Shown: positions 51,369 through 64,000 of the stretch, in pieces | Layout: every line of letters begins with the position of its first letter | Position numbering within the stretch: the stretch's first letter is position 1 | Assembly (NCBI RefSeq): GCF_902713615.1 | Contig: NC_052148.1 | Span: 243,237,212-243,301,211 of the forward strand | Direction of reading: 5' to 3' | From: Scyliorhinus canicula | Lineage: Eukaryota | DNA length: 64,000 nt | Program-made: the position numbers and the translations under genes | Notes under the pieces: generated by a model | What the model saw: only the letters and a program-made list of their open reading frames with translations | Databases searched by the model: none | Told to the model about the DNA's origin: nothing

Positions 51369-54149
51369 CATAGTCTGAGCAAGACTTATATGTAAATCTG
51401 ATTGACAAGGTGAGGGAGATGGGCCGGTCTTCTGAAGAGTCATGTGACCCGCTCATCCAATCAGTAGTTTGCGGGCGGAATCGGCGAGCAGAGCATGCGG
51501 GCTTTGGCTGAGCTCCATCCAGCAGGCAGACTGGCAGCATCATGGGTGCACTACTCTGTGCATAGCATGTTGTGTAAATTCTGGTGGAGCCAGGTTACTG
51601 CAGGCCGAAAGGCCTTTTCCTCCTCTCTTATGTTCTCAAAATGAATTATTCCTTTAAACCTCAAATGTGGAGGTCAATTCAAACGTACACCAATCTGTTC
51701 CAATTCAAGGCTTAAGTACTGAATATCTTTATTTTACACGAATCTGAAGCACAGTGATTAAAAGCTTGCCAAAAGAGGTTGGCATATCGTGGCATGGTGA
51801 GGAAACTGCTCAGCAAGTGGCGAAAAAATGTGTAGCTCAACTTGATGTGATGAATTAATAGCCTTGCTCATGACACATGGAAAACACCTTTCCTCTTCAA
51901 AAAAAAAAGCATGTATAATTCACTAATTCCTGGCTCTGAGATTTGGTTTTCAACTTTAATGAAACCTTTGTGCAATAGCTGCTTTTTTTATTAGCTGTTT
52001 CTTAATTCAAGGTTGCACATACTTAACCATTTCCCTTAAGTAAGTAGAGTAGAGATGATGATGGTGGGTTCAGGGAGGGAGCCAGGATTAATTGACAACG
52101 CCTCGCTGTCCGCAAGAAATTTTTCTTCACCCGACATCTTTTTTGCTCATATAATTGCTTTAATTTCTGGTTTGCTCCTATCCAACTATCTCCCACTGGT
52201 AATTTGCAGATGTTTGTAATTAGTATCTGCCTTGAGAAATTATTTATGTTAGTAGATGAGTGACCAAGGACTATAATTATAAAATTAACCCTAGAATTAT
52301 CAACAGCCAGCCTTGTTGCATCATTTCCTGTCTTGGAGTTGCTGTTTTGACTTTAACAGCAAACCTGACTGTGTGCAGTAACTCCCAAAGCTATGCTAAA
52401 CACGGGTCTGTTTTTGCCAATACGTGTATATTCTGGCACAGAAATGCTCCGCTCAGGTTGGGTGTCTCTGTTCCAGTTCTGAAACAACACAGATGATGCA
52501 GGCTTCTGCCAAACACACGTTGCCCATCCATTATATTCGATTCAGGAATGAACAAACATTCTGCTCTTGAATTAAGAGTGTTCCTTCCCTCTCAAATGGA
52601 AAAGAAACCTTGCAAACCTTGTGTGAGGGTTCCCCATAACATTCCAAATGGGAACCTGCACAGCATAATGCCGTACTGTGTGAGCCGTACAGACTAAGAC
52701 TGAATCAATCTATGATCTGTGCTGATACAAGAGACAAATTACTGTGGAGGTTGGAAATCTGGGATCTAAGTAGAAAATGCTGGAAAGACTCAGCCTGTCA
52801 GCCTATGGAGAGAGAACAACAGCTAACATTCCAGCCTTGTGAAATAGAAGACATTACAAAAGGAAAAAGAACGCAGATGCTGGAGGTCTGAAATTAAAAA
52901 TGAAAAAGGTCTGGCAGCATCTGAGGAGAGAGGAACAAAGTTCAAGGGTAGAATTTAATGCTCTCTGGGGCAGGCTGTGAGATGAGGGGCCTGTTTAATC
53001 GGGTCGGAAGGTACAGATTGGAAAGCCTGTCACCTTCCTGATACCCACTGATTAATTCAGGGGTGGAGAAGGTCGTGATTGGTCTTCCCGCCATATAATT
53101 ACTGAGGCCCATAAGTGATTTTACCAGCAACAGCGGGTGAGGGGTGACCACGCCACACAGGCATGCTGCTGTACATGCCCTGGCTGCTTCCCTGTGGACT
53201 GGTGGGGTCCTCCTGTCTAGACACCCTGAGTCCAACAGATGGCTCCACTGGAGGAGAGGGCCACCTCCAGAGGAAGGCCACCCCCAAGCCTCCGCCGGCC
53301 TCCACACTGACTCATCCTTCCACACCTCACTAGGGCCTGCCTTACATGCTCCGATGAGGCTGTCCCAATGACTTGGGCTTTACGGCCTCCAAGGTTGCCC
53401 CTCATCCTGGGCTTCCTGCAGTACCAGCACTAGCCACCGTTCTCAGGGCACTACTGGATCTGCAGAGTTTCCAGGGCTTCTGATTGACCCAGTGGGGCCT
53501 TGGAACCTCATTGCCAGGCAAGTTGATTGGGGATCTAATGCCATCGGTGCTCCCATAAAAGGGACCAGATGGGTTGCTACTGTCTCTCTGGCAGTTGGAT
53601 GAGGCCAGGACCTCAGCCATTAAGTTCAGTCCAATGTTTCATTTGGAAGCCTGCCTGCCTCAGTCGGCACCCCACATACTGCTTCATGTAAAGATGGCCG
53701 AGTCTATCTCAATTCTGTTGCAAGTGGATCACTCTGTCTGGGACACCATGAGCTCCTAAACCTAGAGGACATTGACTATTGAATTGCTCTTAGCCAGAGC
53801 AGGGATCTAAGAAGCCTGCCTCTAAGCCCCACTGAAACTACAGGGTTGCCCCATGCAGAAGTGCCCGAAAAAGGAAGAGGAAGGATTTTTCTTTGCACGT
53901 ATGGATACACATATGTGTATGTTCGTTATGCCTTTTATTTGGGGCAGGTAAATCTTGTTTTGAACCACTTTTCATCTTGCCCCTCAAGATTGCGAAGGCA
54001 TGTGGCCTTTTCCATTGTTTGATGATGAATGAGAAGACATGAATTGATGGTGTCGAAGAGCGGAATGTATAAAGGATACTTGGTTGTTCTTAGGACTGCT
54101 TTGCCTCTGTGGAAAAGGGAGAAGGAGGTAACATTTCCCCTGACACAAA

Positions 54150-54760
54150 GCTCTGAGTGAGCCTTAAATTAATGAGGGCATCTGAGGCAGCAGTGCATAC
54201 TGCTGGTGGTGCACTGCTCTCATCGCCTGCCTCCTCCTCCTCAGATGAGGCTCTACACTCTGCACTCTGATCTTCTGGCAGGTTTAACCTCACTGCTGGA
54301 CCATCTCATACCAGCACCCTGCGACCATTCTGGATTTCTCGCCTGGTCCATATTATAAGGTGCTTCCAGAGCTGGCCAGACCCCAATGCCTTTTTGACTG
54401 CACACCAGATGGTCATATCACATTCGTTGCATAGCTTCTGGAATCCATTTCTCAGGTTTTTGAGCGATGTTATCAGCCACATTTTAGATGGATAACCTCC
54501 ATCTCTGAGCAGCTTAATGGTAACTTTGCTTCTCGGTGCAAAGTTGTCTTGGAGTATGGAGCACCCCGGGGTGAAAGCTCCATGCCTGTACCAACAGGCT
54601 GAAAATGTCTGCTGGCACCTTACTTAGCACCTTGAGTCTCCTGAGACATTGGTGTTCAGCTGTGTTGTGGAAGCCTATCCTCTGCCCATAAACCCTTTGT
54701 GTCAGGTATGATCTCCTGTGAGCTATCCCTTTCTACAGCGTCATTCAATGCTGTCGGGCT
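54150..54760 (-). pseudogene. Degenerate Harbinger (HARBI1-like) transposase
   Basis: EHQCLRRL, LLRDGGYPSKMWLITSL (cf. LLGDxGYPLxxWLMTP), LASSGSTL*YGP, and an acidic tail ending ASDALINLRL. Confidence 0.72.
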
Positions 54761-54851
54761 ACACGTCCATGTCCAGTCTACAGCTGTATACAATATGACT
54801 ATCCTGATCTGATAGATCAGAGCCTCAAATTACAGAGTAGACCTCCCGCGA

Positions 54852-55112
54852 GTTTGATTCGGGCCTCGGGTGACTGTTTGTGTGGAGTTTGCACGTTCTC
54901 CCCCTGTCAGCGTGGGTTTCCTCTGGGTGCTCTGATTTCCTCCCACAGTCCAAAGATGTGCAGGTTAGGTGGACTGGCTATGCTAAATTGCCCCTTAGTG
55001 TCCAAAGGTGGGGTTACGGGTGTAGGGAGTGGGCCTGGTTTCTGGTGCTCTTTCAGAGGGGCGGGGCGGACTCGATGGGCCGAATGGCCTCCTTCTGCAC
55101 TGTAGGGATTCC
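54852..55112 (+). mobile_element. HE1-type V-SINE
   Basis: V-domain plus CR1-like tail. Confidence 0.85.
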
Positions 55113-56089
55113 ATGAGACCCCCAAATATGGACTCTAAAATGCCGATGAAATCTCCGAAGTGTGGAAGGCCACTCTCAAGTGAACAGAACCTTTCCCAAA
55201 AGTAGCAAATAAAATGGCTGGCTATGAACACCTTTCCCTGGATGTGTTCGATTCCTTTAATTGCCACTGCGTACTCCAGTTATTTTCACAGGCACGTTTC
55301 AGGAAGTTGTGAGTCGAGAGGTGGCGTTGATTTTACTTCAACCCATTGGTGTTGAAATGCATGGATAAGAAAATGAGACAGAGTGTAAATCAGTGGCAGA
55401 TCCTCTGCCGTCAGATTCTCAGCAGGTGTATTGAATTAAAATTGAACCCTGTGTTTTGCACATTAACATGCACACAGATTGCATCAATGCATAAATAATA
55501 TCCTCTCTGGTGTGTCTATGAACTCTATATCTACTGAACAGCAATATTTTTTGTCAGGCTTTACCGTAGAGTTATTTCACACAGTAGAACAAGCTAATAC
55601 TGCCAGTAATGAGTTTCAAAATCTCTGAACATGCCACCTTTCCAGAGGGACGAGGCAGATGCCATTGCACGCTCATTGGAAATAAATGAGAATCTGTCCA
55701 GACTAATGCTCAATCCACCTTAATTTCAAGGCTGTGCCATCGACATTGCAGTGAGATGGCTTAATAGGGATCAGATTGATTATAACCAGAGAGAATTGCA
55801 AACCTTGGATAGCAACTGGTAGCCGGTGATACCTGCTCCTGGGGCACGCTGAGTTAATTTGCTCGGCAGAATGTAACATTACACAGCTTTGCATCTGTGA
55901 ATATAACTGCACCTGGACAGCAAAGCACCAGAGCAAGTATGAGAGTAATGTAGCAACACATCTTAAGTGCTATAACAATGTTGTGCGGGCAGTAAGTGGC
56001 TGCTTATCCTGTACTGAAGTGGCTTCACATATAAAATGGAACATTCAGTATATCTTGGCAAGATTGAGGGCAAGAGGGAACCTATATTT

Positions 56090-56420
56090 GGGGCAGCACG
56101 GTAACACAGTGGTTAGCACAGTTGCTTCACAGCTCCAGTGCCCCAGGTTCGGTTTTCGCCTTGGGTCACTGTCTGTGTGGAGTCTGCACGTTCTCCCTGT
56201 GTCTGCGTGGGTTTCCTCCGGGTGCTCCGGTTTCCTCCCACAGTCCAAAGATGTGCAAGTTAGGTGGATTGGCCACGCTAAATTGCCCTTAGCTGAGGTG
56301 GGGTTACTAGTTTACGGGGATTGGGAGGTGTGGGCTTTGGTGAGGTGTTCTTTCCAAGAGCCGGTGCAGACTCGATGGGCCGAATGGCCTCCTTCTGCAC
56401 TGTAAATTATATGATTTTAT
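56090..56420 (+). mobile_element. HE1-type V-SINE, full length
   Basis: Head, V-domain and CR1-like tail all present. Confidence 0.9.
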
Positions 56421-56450
56421 GACAACCTCCTGCATTCGTTCCGTTCACAC

Positions 56451-56591
56451 CGTTCCGTTCTCCCACTCTACCTGTCCGTTACCCAGGGGGTTGGAACTGG
56501 TCGTCCTGCTCGAGGCAATGCCTTGCTGAGCAGGAATTGACACAGTTCGTCGCTCATAAAGCAGGACCCCCTATCACTATGTATGTAAGCG
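56451..56591 (-). repeat. Orphan copy of a Gypsy C integrase segment
   Basis: Closely matches 58292-58432. Confidence 0.9.
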
Positions 56592-56771
56592 TATGTATTC
56601 CTATAGTGTTCAATTTTAACCTGCTCTACTGAGAAGGTAGGAAGGACATCAACCAGTTACTGGCAGAATCCATCTTTAAATATGCGGTTTAGGGTTTGAC
56701 TGCTATTTTAGCCATGAGCCCGGGTGGGGAAATCATTATACCTCACCAACTAGGCCCAGCACACAGGAAGA

Positions 56772-57000
56772 AGTCCAAAGATGTGCAGATTAGGTGATTG
56801 GCACCTTCCTGAAACTTTCTGAAACTTCCCATTGTAGGTGGATTGGCCAGACTACATTGCCCCTTAAGCGTCCAAAGGTGTGCATGTTAGGTGGGGTTGC
56901 GATGATAGAGCAGGAATGTGGGCCATATGGGGTGGTCTTTCGGACAGTGAGTGCAGACTCGATGGGCCACATGGTCTCCTTCTGCATTGTGGGGATTCTA
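56772..57000 (+). mobile_element. HE1-type SINE fragment
   Basis: AGTCCAAAGATGTGCAG...GACTCGATGGGCC...GGATTCTA. Confidence 0.75.
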
Positions 57001-57218
57001 AGAGGATTTGGAACGAGAAGAAGCCCAAAGGTACACCTTCATAACATTTTCTCTTTTGCCTTTCTTATGGGGTAAAAAAGAACTTTTCTCATACTTGAAT
57101 TCAACAAAAAAGTTTTGAAGTTCATTTGTGGTGTTCAAACAACACATTTTGGCCCTGGGGAGTTTCTCACCAGTTTAGCCCACACTGAGAGTGGGATTCT
57201 CCGGACGTGTTCACCCTG

Positions 57219-60200
57219 TGATGCACGATCAATGACTACTAAGGCGAGGTTGTAGTCCAACTGAAGGCTTTAATAAGCTAGATGTTTCCCCCAACAGTTC
57301 AGGTACAGAAAGGAAGCTGCTGGGGCGGCACGGGCTTTTATACCCCACCTTGCAGGGCGGAGCTACCATACAGGCTTGACCAATGGAAAGCATACATTAT
57401 CTACCAATGGTGTTCCAGCATTACAAGGTACCATAATACCTCTACACAGACTACCACATTCATCCCCTGTTAAAAAAAAGAGTCCAGCGGGGGTGGTGGC
57501 TTGGTATTACAACATGGTAACGTGGTAGAAGTTATGGTTATGGAGGTACCGTAATGCCTCCGTACAGCGTTTTGCCTTATTATCGTAACTATTTACAATT
57601 TTACAATTAACTATATACACGTTAAAATGAAGCAATCAGTCGATCGGGGGCCCTGGTCGTCCTCTGTGACCGTCGAAGCTTCGGTGGTGACGCTGGTGGA
57701 GGTTCGGGCGTCTGTGACTCCAGGAGCGTGGTTTCGATCTCTGTGGCAGCTTCAACACCCCTAGACGGCGATGGTGGGGAAGCTGATTGATCTGGGAGGG
57801 GAGCGTCTGCGGGGTGCGTCAGTGGGCGAGGGGGTTTAGACGGGGCCGGCGGAAGAACCGATCCTCCTGGGAAGGGGGCAGCTGTAAGGTGCACCGGTGG
57901 GATGGGGGTGGGACTGGTGGCGGGGGTGTGCGCAGGGATCTGGTGGGCGCCAGGTCTCGTAGGGAGACCGTGTCTTGTCAGCCGTCGGGGTACGCCACGT
58001 AGGCGTACTGGGGGTTAGCGTGGAGAAGATGGACCCTCTCGACCAATGGGTCCGACTTGTGCGCCCGCACGTGTTTTCGGAGCAGGATGGGTCCGGGGGA
58101 TGCCAGCCAGGTCGGGAGCGAGGTCCCAGAGGAGGACTTCCTGGGGAAGACGAGGAGACGTTCGTGAGGTGTTTGGTTGGTCGTGGTGCAGAGCAGGGAC
58201 CGGATGGAATGGAGGACATCTGGGAGGACTTCCTGCCAGCGGGAGACTGGGAGGATTCTGGACCATAGGGCCAGTAGGACGGTCTTCCAGACCATTCCGT
58301 TCTCCCTCTCTACCTGTCCGTTACCCCGGGGTTGGAACTGGTCGTCCTGCTTGAGGCAATGCCCTTGCTGAGCAGGAATTGACGCAGTTTGTCGCTCATA
58401 AAGGAGGACCCCCTATCACTATGTATGTAAGCGGGGAACCCGAACAGTGTAAAGATGCCATGAAGGGCTTTGATGACAGTGGTTGCGGTCATGTCGGGGC
58501 AGGGGATGGCGAATGGGAATCGGGACTACTTGTCAATCACTTTCAGGAAGTATGTGTTGCGGTCGGTGGAGGGGAGGGGCCCTTTGAAGTCCATGCTGAG
58601 GCGTTCAAAGGGACGGGAAGCCTTTATCAGGTGCGCTTTCTCTGGCCGGTAGAAGTGCGGCTTGCACTCCACGCAGATTTGGAAATTCCTGGTGGCTGTC
58701 CTGACCTCCTCGATGGAGTAGGGCAGGTTGCGGGTCTTGACAAAATGGAAGAAGCGAGTGACCCCCGGGTGGCAGAGGTCCTCGTGGAGGGTTCGGAGGC
58801 AGTCCACTTGTGTGTTGGCACATGTGTCGCGGGACAGGGCATCAGGAGGCTTGTTTAGCTTCCTGGGACGATACAAGATCTCGTAGTTATAGGTTGATGG
58901 TCTGACTGTAGTCGATGACCATCCTATTCTTCTCCCCGGTCTTTACCACCACTACTTGAGCTCTCCAGGGACTGTTGCTAGCTTCAATGGCTCCTTCCCT
59001 CAGTAGCCGTTGGACCTCTGACCTTATAAAGATCCGGTCCTGGACACTGTACCGTCTGCTCCTGGTGGCAACGGGTTTGCAATCCGGGGTGAGGTTCTCA
59101 AACAGGGAAGGCAGATCGACCTTGAGGGTCGCGAGGCTGCAGACAGTGAGAGGGGGTATAGTGCCGCTGAATTTGAAAGTTAGACTTTGGAGGTTGCACT
59201 GGAAGTGTAACCCTAGGAGTGTGGCTGCGCAGAGGTGGGGAAGGATGTAAAGCCGGTAATTTGTGAACTCCCTTCCCTGGACCGTGAAGTTTGCTACACA
59301 GAACCCCTTTATCTCTACTGAGTGGGAACCGGAGGCCAGGGAGATTTTTTGATTAACAGGGTGGACGGGGAGTGAACAGCGCCTTACCGTGTCGAGGTGT
59401 ATGAAGCTCTCCGTGCTCCCAGAGTCGATTAAGCCTCGTGTCCGTTGATTAGCACCGTTGTTGTAACAGTTGAGAGTGTTCGAGGCCGAGACTGGCCCAG
59501 GGTCACTGAGGCTAATCGTGGCAGCAGCTGGATGTTCTCGTCGGGTGGTGTGTGGTCATCTGCACTGAGGTCCTGGGAGTCCATCCAAGATGGCCCGCAC
59601 GTGGTTGTGGGTGCACAAAATGGCGGCGCCCATCCATCACACGCGGCGTCAGCGGAACAAGATGGCGGCGCCTGGAGGCCACACGTGGCCCTGGAGGAGG
59701 AACATGGTGGTGCTCGCTGGCCGCACGGGGCCTGTAGAGAGGGTTGTAGTGCTGGTCCACATTTACTTCCAGAGACCGCAGCGACCGCCCGAGCCTGGCA
59801 TACCGCCATGAAGTGGCCCTTTTTGCCACACCTTTACAGGTGGACGAACAGGCTGGGCAGCGCTGTCGGGGGTGTTTGGCTTGCCCTCAAAAATAGCAGC
59901 GGGGCCCCCCGGGGTTGCTGGGCCGTCTTGCAGCGCCGACTTGTGGGGGAGTGTGGGGCATTGCCTCGGAGTTGGCTGCAGAGGGGTTCCACACTGCCCA
60001 GGTGGCTGCCGTGCGGTCTGGGGCGAGGCGCGGGCGTTTTGGGAGGCCACATCCAGGGAGCCAGCAAGGGCCCGTGCCTCCTTGAGGCCTAGAGTTTCTT
60101 TCTCCAGCAAATGCTGGCAGGTTTGAGAAGACAGCATACCCACAACGAAAGTGTCCCGAATCAACAGTTCAGTGTGGGCGTTTGCTGAAACTTGCGAGCA

Positions 60201-60817
60201 GCTGCAGTTTCTCCCCAACACTAGGAGCGCACGGTAGAATTCTTCCAGTGACTCACCAGGAATTTGTTGCCTCGTTGCTAGTAGATGCCGAGCGTAGAAC
60301 TGATTTACCGGGCGAATGTAATGTTCTTTCAGCAACTCCATCGCGGCATCAAAGTCGTCCGCGTCCTCGATGAGGGTGTAGACTTCTGGGCTCACCCTCA
60401 AGTGCAGGATCTGCAGTTTCTGTTCTCTTGTGGGTGTGTTTTCTGCCGTTCCGAGGTAGCCGTTGAAGCACGCTAGCCAGTGCTTGAAATTCGCCGCCAT
60501 GTTTACTGCGTGGGCGCTGAGTTGCAGACACTCCGGCTTGATTCGGAGCTCCATTCTTTAAATCTAGCTTATTAAATTGATGCACGATCAACGACTACTA
60601 AGGCGATGTTGTAGTCCAACTGAAGGCTTTAATAAGCTAGATGTTTCCCCCAGCAGCTCAGGTACAGAAAGGAAGCTGCTGGGGCGGCACGGGCTGTTAT
60701 ACCCCGCCTTGCAGGGCGGAGCTACCATACAGGCTCGACCAATGGAAAGCATACATTATCTACCAATGGTGTTCCAGCATTACTAGGTACCGTAATACCT
60801 CTACACAGACTACCACA
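57219..60817 (-). mobile_element. Gypsy LTR retrotransposon C, internally deleted
   Basis: 240-bp LTRs 57219-57458 and 60578-60817 (about 9 differences); flanks CCCTG/CCCGG; gag, protease and integrase are homologous to element B. Confidence 0.95.
59763..60554 (-). pseudogene. gag: Gypsy C gag (frameshifted at the 3' end)
   Basis: MELRIKPECL...YIRPVNQFYARHLLATRQQIPGESLEEF aligns by eye with the B gag. Confidence 0.88.
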
Positions 60818-61745
60818 CCCGGCGACTGGAGAATTCCGCCCGAGGTCAATGGATTTTTCCATTGTTGGCGTCTCGTCCATGACGTTCTTGCGGTGTGCAG
60901 GGCGGAAGAATCCAGCCCTTATAATTTTTTTCAGCACTGGGCATCTGAACTCAGAGATTGGGCCGCCATCTTTAAAGGTGCTCCAATCTCTAAGTGAGCT
61001 TGTGGGTCCCTCGCAGACCCCACCCATGGGCTATATAACCCCCCCCACACACGAGCATTACCCCACAACACTGCCCCCCCTCCTAAGTGAGGACACCATG
61101 CTATGGGGTCCCTGGGGGTCCCTCTCTTCAGTCCCCCCACACACCCCTTTACAGATACCACTCCAGGATTCTTACCCGTAACCCTCCCACAATCTCCCAG
61201 AGGCCCCTACTTACCTGCCATGCAGCTCCCCACCCTTCAAACCCCCTTCCACCTTCGTTTCATGCGCATGGTTCCAAGGACCCTTGACAGTGCCACCCTG
61301 GCACCTTGGTAGTGCCAGGATGTCAGTGTCAAAGTACAGGCTGGGCAGTGCCAAGGTGCCCATATTCCAAGGGGAGGGCCAACGTGCACTATCCCTGGCC
61401 ATCCAGGAGCCTCTGATGGCTCAGGAGACATCCTGCGTGCCATTCCGCCTGGTCCATGTTTGTGTGTTCACCAGAACTGAATGGTGCCCAGCTGCGATCT
61501 CGCTGGGGAGGCGGTAGTTCCCGGGAGGTCAGTTGATCCTGGGTCGGCTTGCCTAAGTAGGTTTAGCACCTACTTAGGCGCGCACCATTTAATCACACAC
61601 GCTTTAGGTGGGATTCTGATTTTGACGCCTCCTGGGTATATCTCACGAGGTGTAAAGACTGCCGAGGAGCCCGCGGGAGGCCTTTCCCGAGATCTACTGG
61701 CCATGTTACTCTCTTGCTTGAGGACAATGCGACCGGTAGATCGTG
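60818..61745. mobile_element. Degenerate Harbinger-type non-autonomous element hosting Gypsy C
   Basis: Left end GGGATTCTCC at ~57193 before the LTR; continues after 60817 with GGAGAATT and a TGGCAC-rich core. Confidence 0.55.
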
Positions 61746-61785
61746 CTCTTTGTATGGATCAAAATAATTGATTTTCTTACAGGGT

Positions 61786-62360
61786 TACATAGGAGCAAGA
61801 GTTGGCTATTTGGCCACTTGAAAATGAAAATCGCTTATTGTCACGAGTAGGCTTCAATGAAGGTACTGTGAAAAGCCCCTAGTCACCACATTCCGGCGCC
61901 TGTCCGGGGAGGCTGGTACGGGAATCGAACCGTGCTGCTGGCCTGCTTGGTCTGCTTTAAAAGCCAGCGATTTAGCCCAGTGAGCTAAACCAGCCCCTTG
62001 TGGCTTGTGGCTCCTTGTGGCTCTTCTTGTGGCTCCTCTGCCATTTAATTAAATCATGGCTGATCTTCTACCTCAATGACATCTCCCCGCACTATCCCTA
62101 AAAACCTTGATGTCATTGGTATCCATCAACTTCTGCTTTAAACATACCTAATGCCTGAGCTTCCACACCTCTCGAGGGTTCTAGAATTCCAAAGATTCAT
62201 CTTTCTCTGACTGTTGTAATTCCTCCTATCTCAGTCCTGAATGGCCTACCTCTTATTTTGGGACTGTGCACCTGCTATTGGACCAACCCAATGAGGGAAA
62301 ACATCCTTCCTGGATCCACCTTGTCGAGCCCTTTGAAACTTTTGTATACTTCAGTCAGAT
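61786..62360 (-). mobile_element. CR1 3' fragment containing an S2 SINE
   Basis: Similar to 8310-8570 and to the reverse complement of 38130-38478. Confidence 0.7.
61820..61997 (-). mobile_element. SINE family S2
   Basis: Near-identical to 2103-2284. Confidence 0.9.
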
Positions 62361-62361
62361 A

Positions 62362-62868
62362 ATAGTAATCTTTATTGTCACAAGTAGGCTTACATTAACA
62401 TTGCAATGAGGTTACTGTGAAAAGCCCCGAGTCGCCACATTCCGGTCCCTGTTCGGGTACACAGAGGGAGAATTCAGAATGTCCAAATTACCTAACAGCA
62501 CGTCTTTCAGGACTTGTGGGAGGAAACACAGACACAGGGAGTACGTGTAGACTCCACACAGACAGTGATCCAAGCCAGGAATGGAACCTGCGTGGGTTTC
62601 CTCCGGGTGCTCCAGTTTCCTCCCACAGTCCAAAGATGTGCAGGTTAGGTGGATTGGCCATGCTGAATTGCCCCTTAGTGTCCAAAATTGCCCTTAGTGT
62701 TGGGTGGGGTTACTGGGTTATGGGGATAGGGTGGAGGTGTGGGCTTGGGTAGGGTGCTCTTTCCAAGAGCCGGTGCAGACTCGATGGGCCGAATAGCCTC
62801 CTTCTGCACTGGAAATTCTATGATTCTATGAAGTGACAGTGCTAACCATTTTGCTACCGTGCTGCCCC
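62362..62868 (-). mobile_element. V-SINE interrupted by an opposite-strand HE1 fragment (~62588-62830)
   Basis: Tail and V-domain at 62362-62580; head at 62836-62868. Confidence 0.8.
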
Positions 62869-64000
62869 AGATCACCTCTCATTCTTCTAAACTCTGGAGA
62901 ATATCGGCCCAGCCTCCTCAACCTTTCCTCATTATGACACTGAACACACATTCTGAAGTCACAGCGATTGCCACTTTCCTCCTTTGTCGGTCTCACCATT
63001 CCGTTTACTGGTTCTTGTTCCATCTCTTCAATCCTCGTCTGGTCCAATAACACATTCAGATCTGTCTGGAGAGTATTCCAGGATGGTTAGCATTATAGCC
63101 TAGGCCTCTTCTGCCCTGGGCTACCCCTCCCCATCCTATCTTTGAACCACCAAACCCCCCCCTCCCAGGGTTGGGAGAGGGTTGCCAGGACTGTTTCTTT
63201 GGAATGTGGCAGTGGCTTCTTGTTGCCCAACATTGAGCTCTTGCCAGCTGGCGGCTGCCTCCTGCTGGTTTCAGGTGAGAGATCAACGAGGTCTAAGCAG
63301 ACTTACGCCATTACCCACCTTGGTTCCCGAGGTCAGGGCGGGTTGCTTGTTTCAGTAAGGGTGCATTTGTGAGGTTTGTTGCTGCGAATGACTCAGCACA
63401 GCCTCACTCTTCACCAACAATGCAGGACACTGAGCAAGGACTAAGAGGTGTTACAGTACATTACACACATCTTTAGAAATTAATGAATAAAGAATACTAA
63501 CCAGTGATCCTTTGTATTCACCTCCTCTGCGTGACTGAACATAAGCTAAGCACTGTTTTTTAGACAGCTTTTTAAAAACAAAATCATTTGATCCAAAGAC
63601 GATTTTCCTTTTCCGTGTCACTTCTCGTTTGTTTGAGCACTGGGCCCGAGACTTGTATGTCTATTATTTCCTGACAATTCCGTCTGAAGCTCGACACTTA
63701 AATCACAAATTGTTTCGCTGGTATTTTGTACACAATTTGCAAATTGAATACAAGGCAAGTTGGAGCTTTGTCAAGAACATTAAGCTACGTTAGGGAAAAA
63801 TAATTGAGTGGCAGATTGTTCAAACATTATTAATGCAACATTTTGTGCTCTCAGTGAAAGTACAGCCATACATGTCCATTTCTGCATTGGTTGAATAGAC
63901 CTCACATTACTTCAACAAGATTTATTTTTCACTGGACGGCTTCAGAAGTTTCAGCAGTCTGATTCAGCCTAGTTGTGGCATCATGTTACCTGATGCAAAG

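Overview
Eukaryotic, repeat-dominated DNA. The HE1/V-SINE, DeuSINE-type, CR1, Gypsy and Harbinger content is typical of a cartilaginous fish (shark); this is an inference from the repeat families. No intact host protein-coding gene can be supported, and nearly all listed ORFs are transposon fragments or noise. The window holds four Gypsy LTR retrotransposons (D 1-4089, A 27756-39949, B 30738-35431, C 57219-60817), a degenerate fifth Gypsy, three solo LTRs with target-site duplications (TSDs), several CR1 LINE fragments, PIF/Harbinger relics and MITEs, a pogo/Tigger-like MITE, Penelope-like remnants and many SINEs. Top observation: Gypsy B and C lack a tRNA primer-binding site. Each instead carries a perfect 13-15 nt complement of its own LTR ATTAAA region, about 51 nt away. 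The sequences differ but the geometry is the same, which suggests a tRNA-independent priming or poly(A)-occlusion structure. Boundaries of degenerate elements are approximate.
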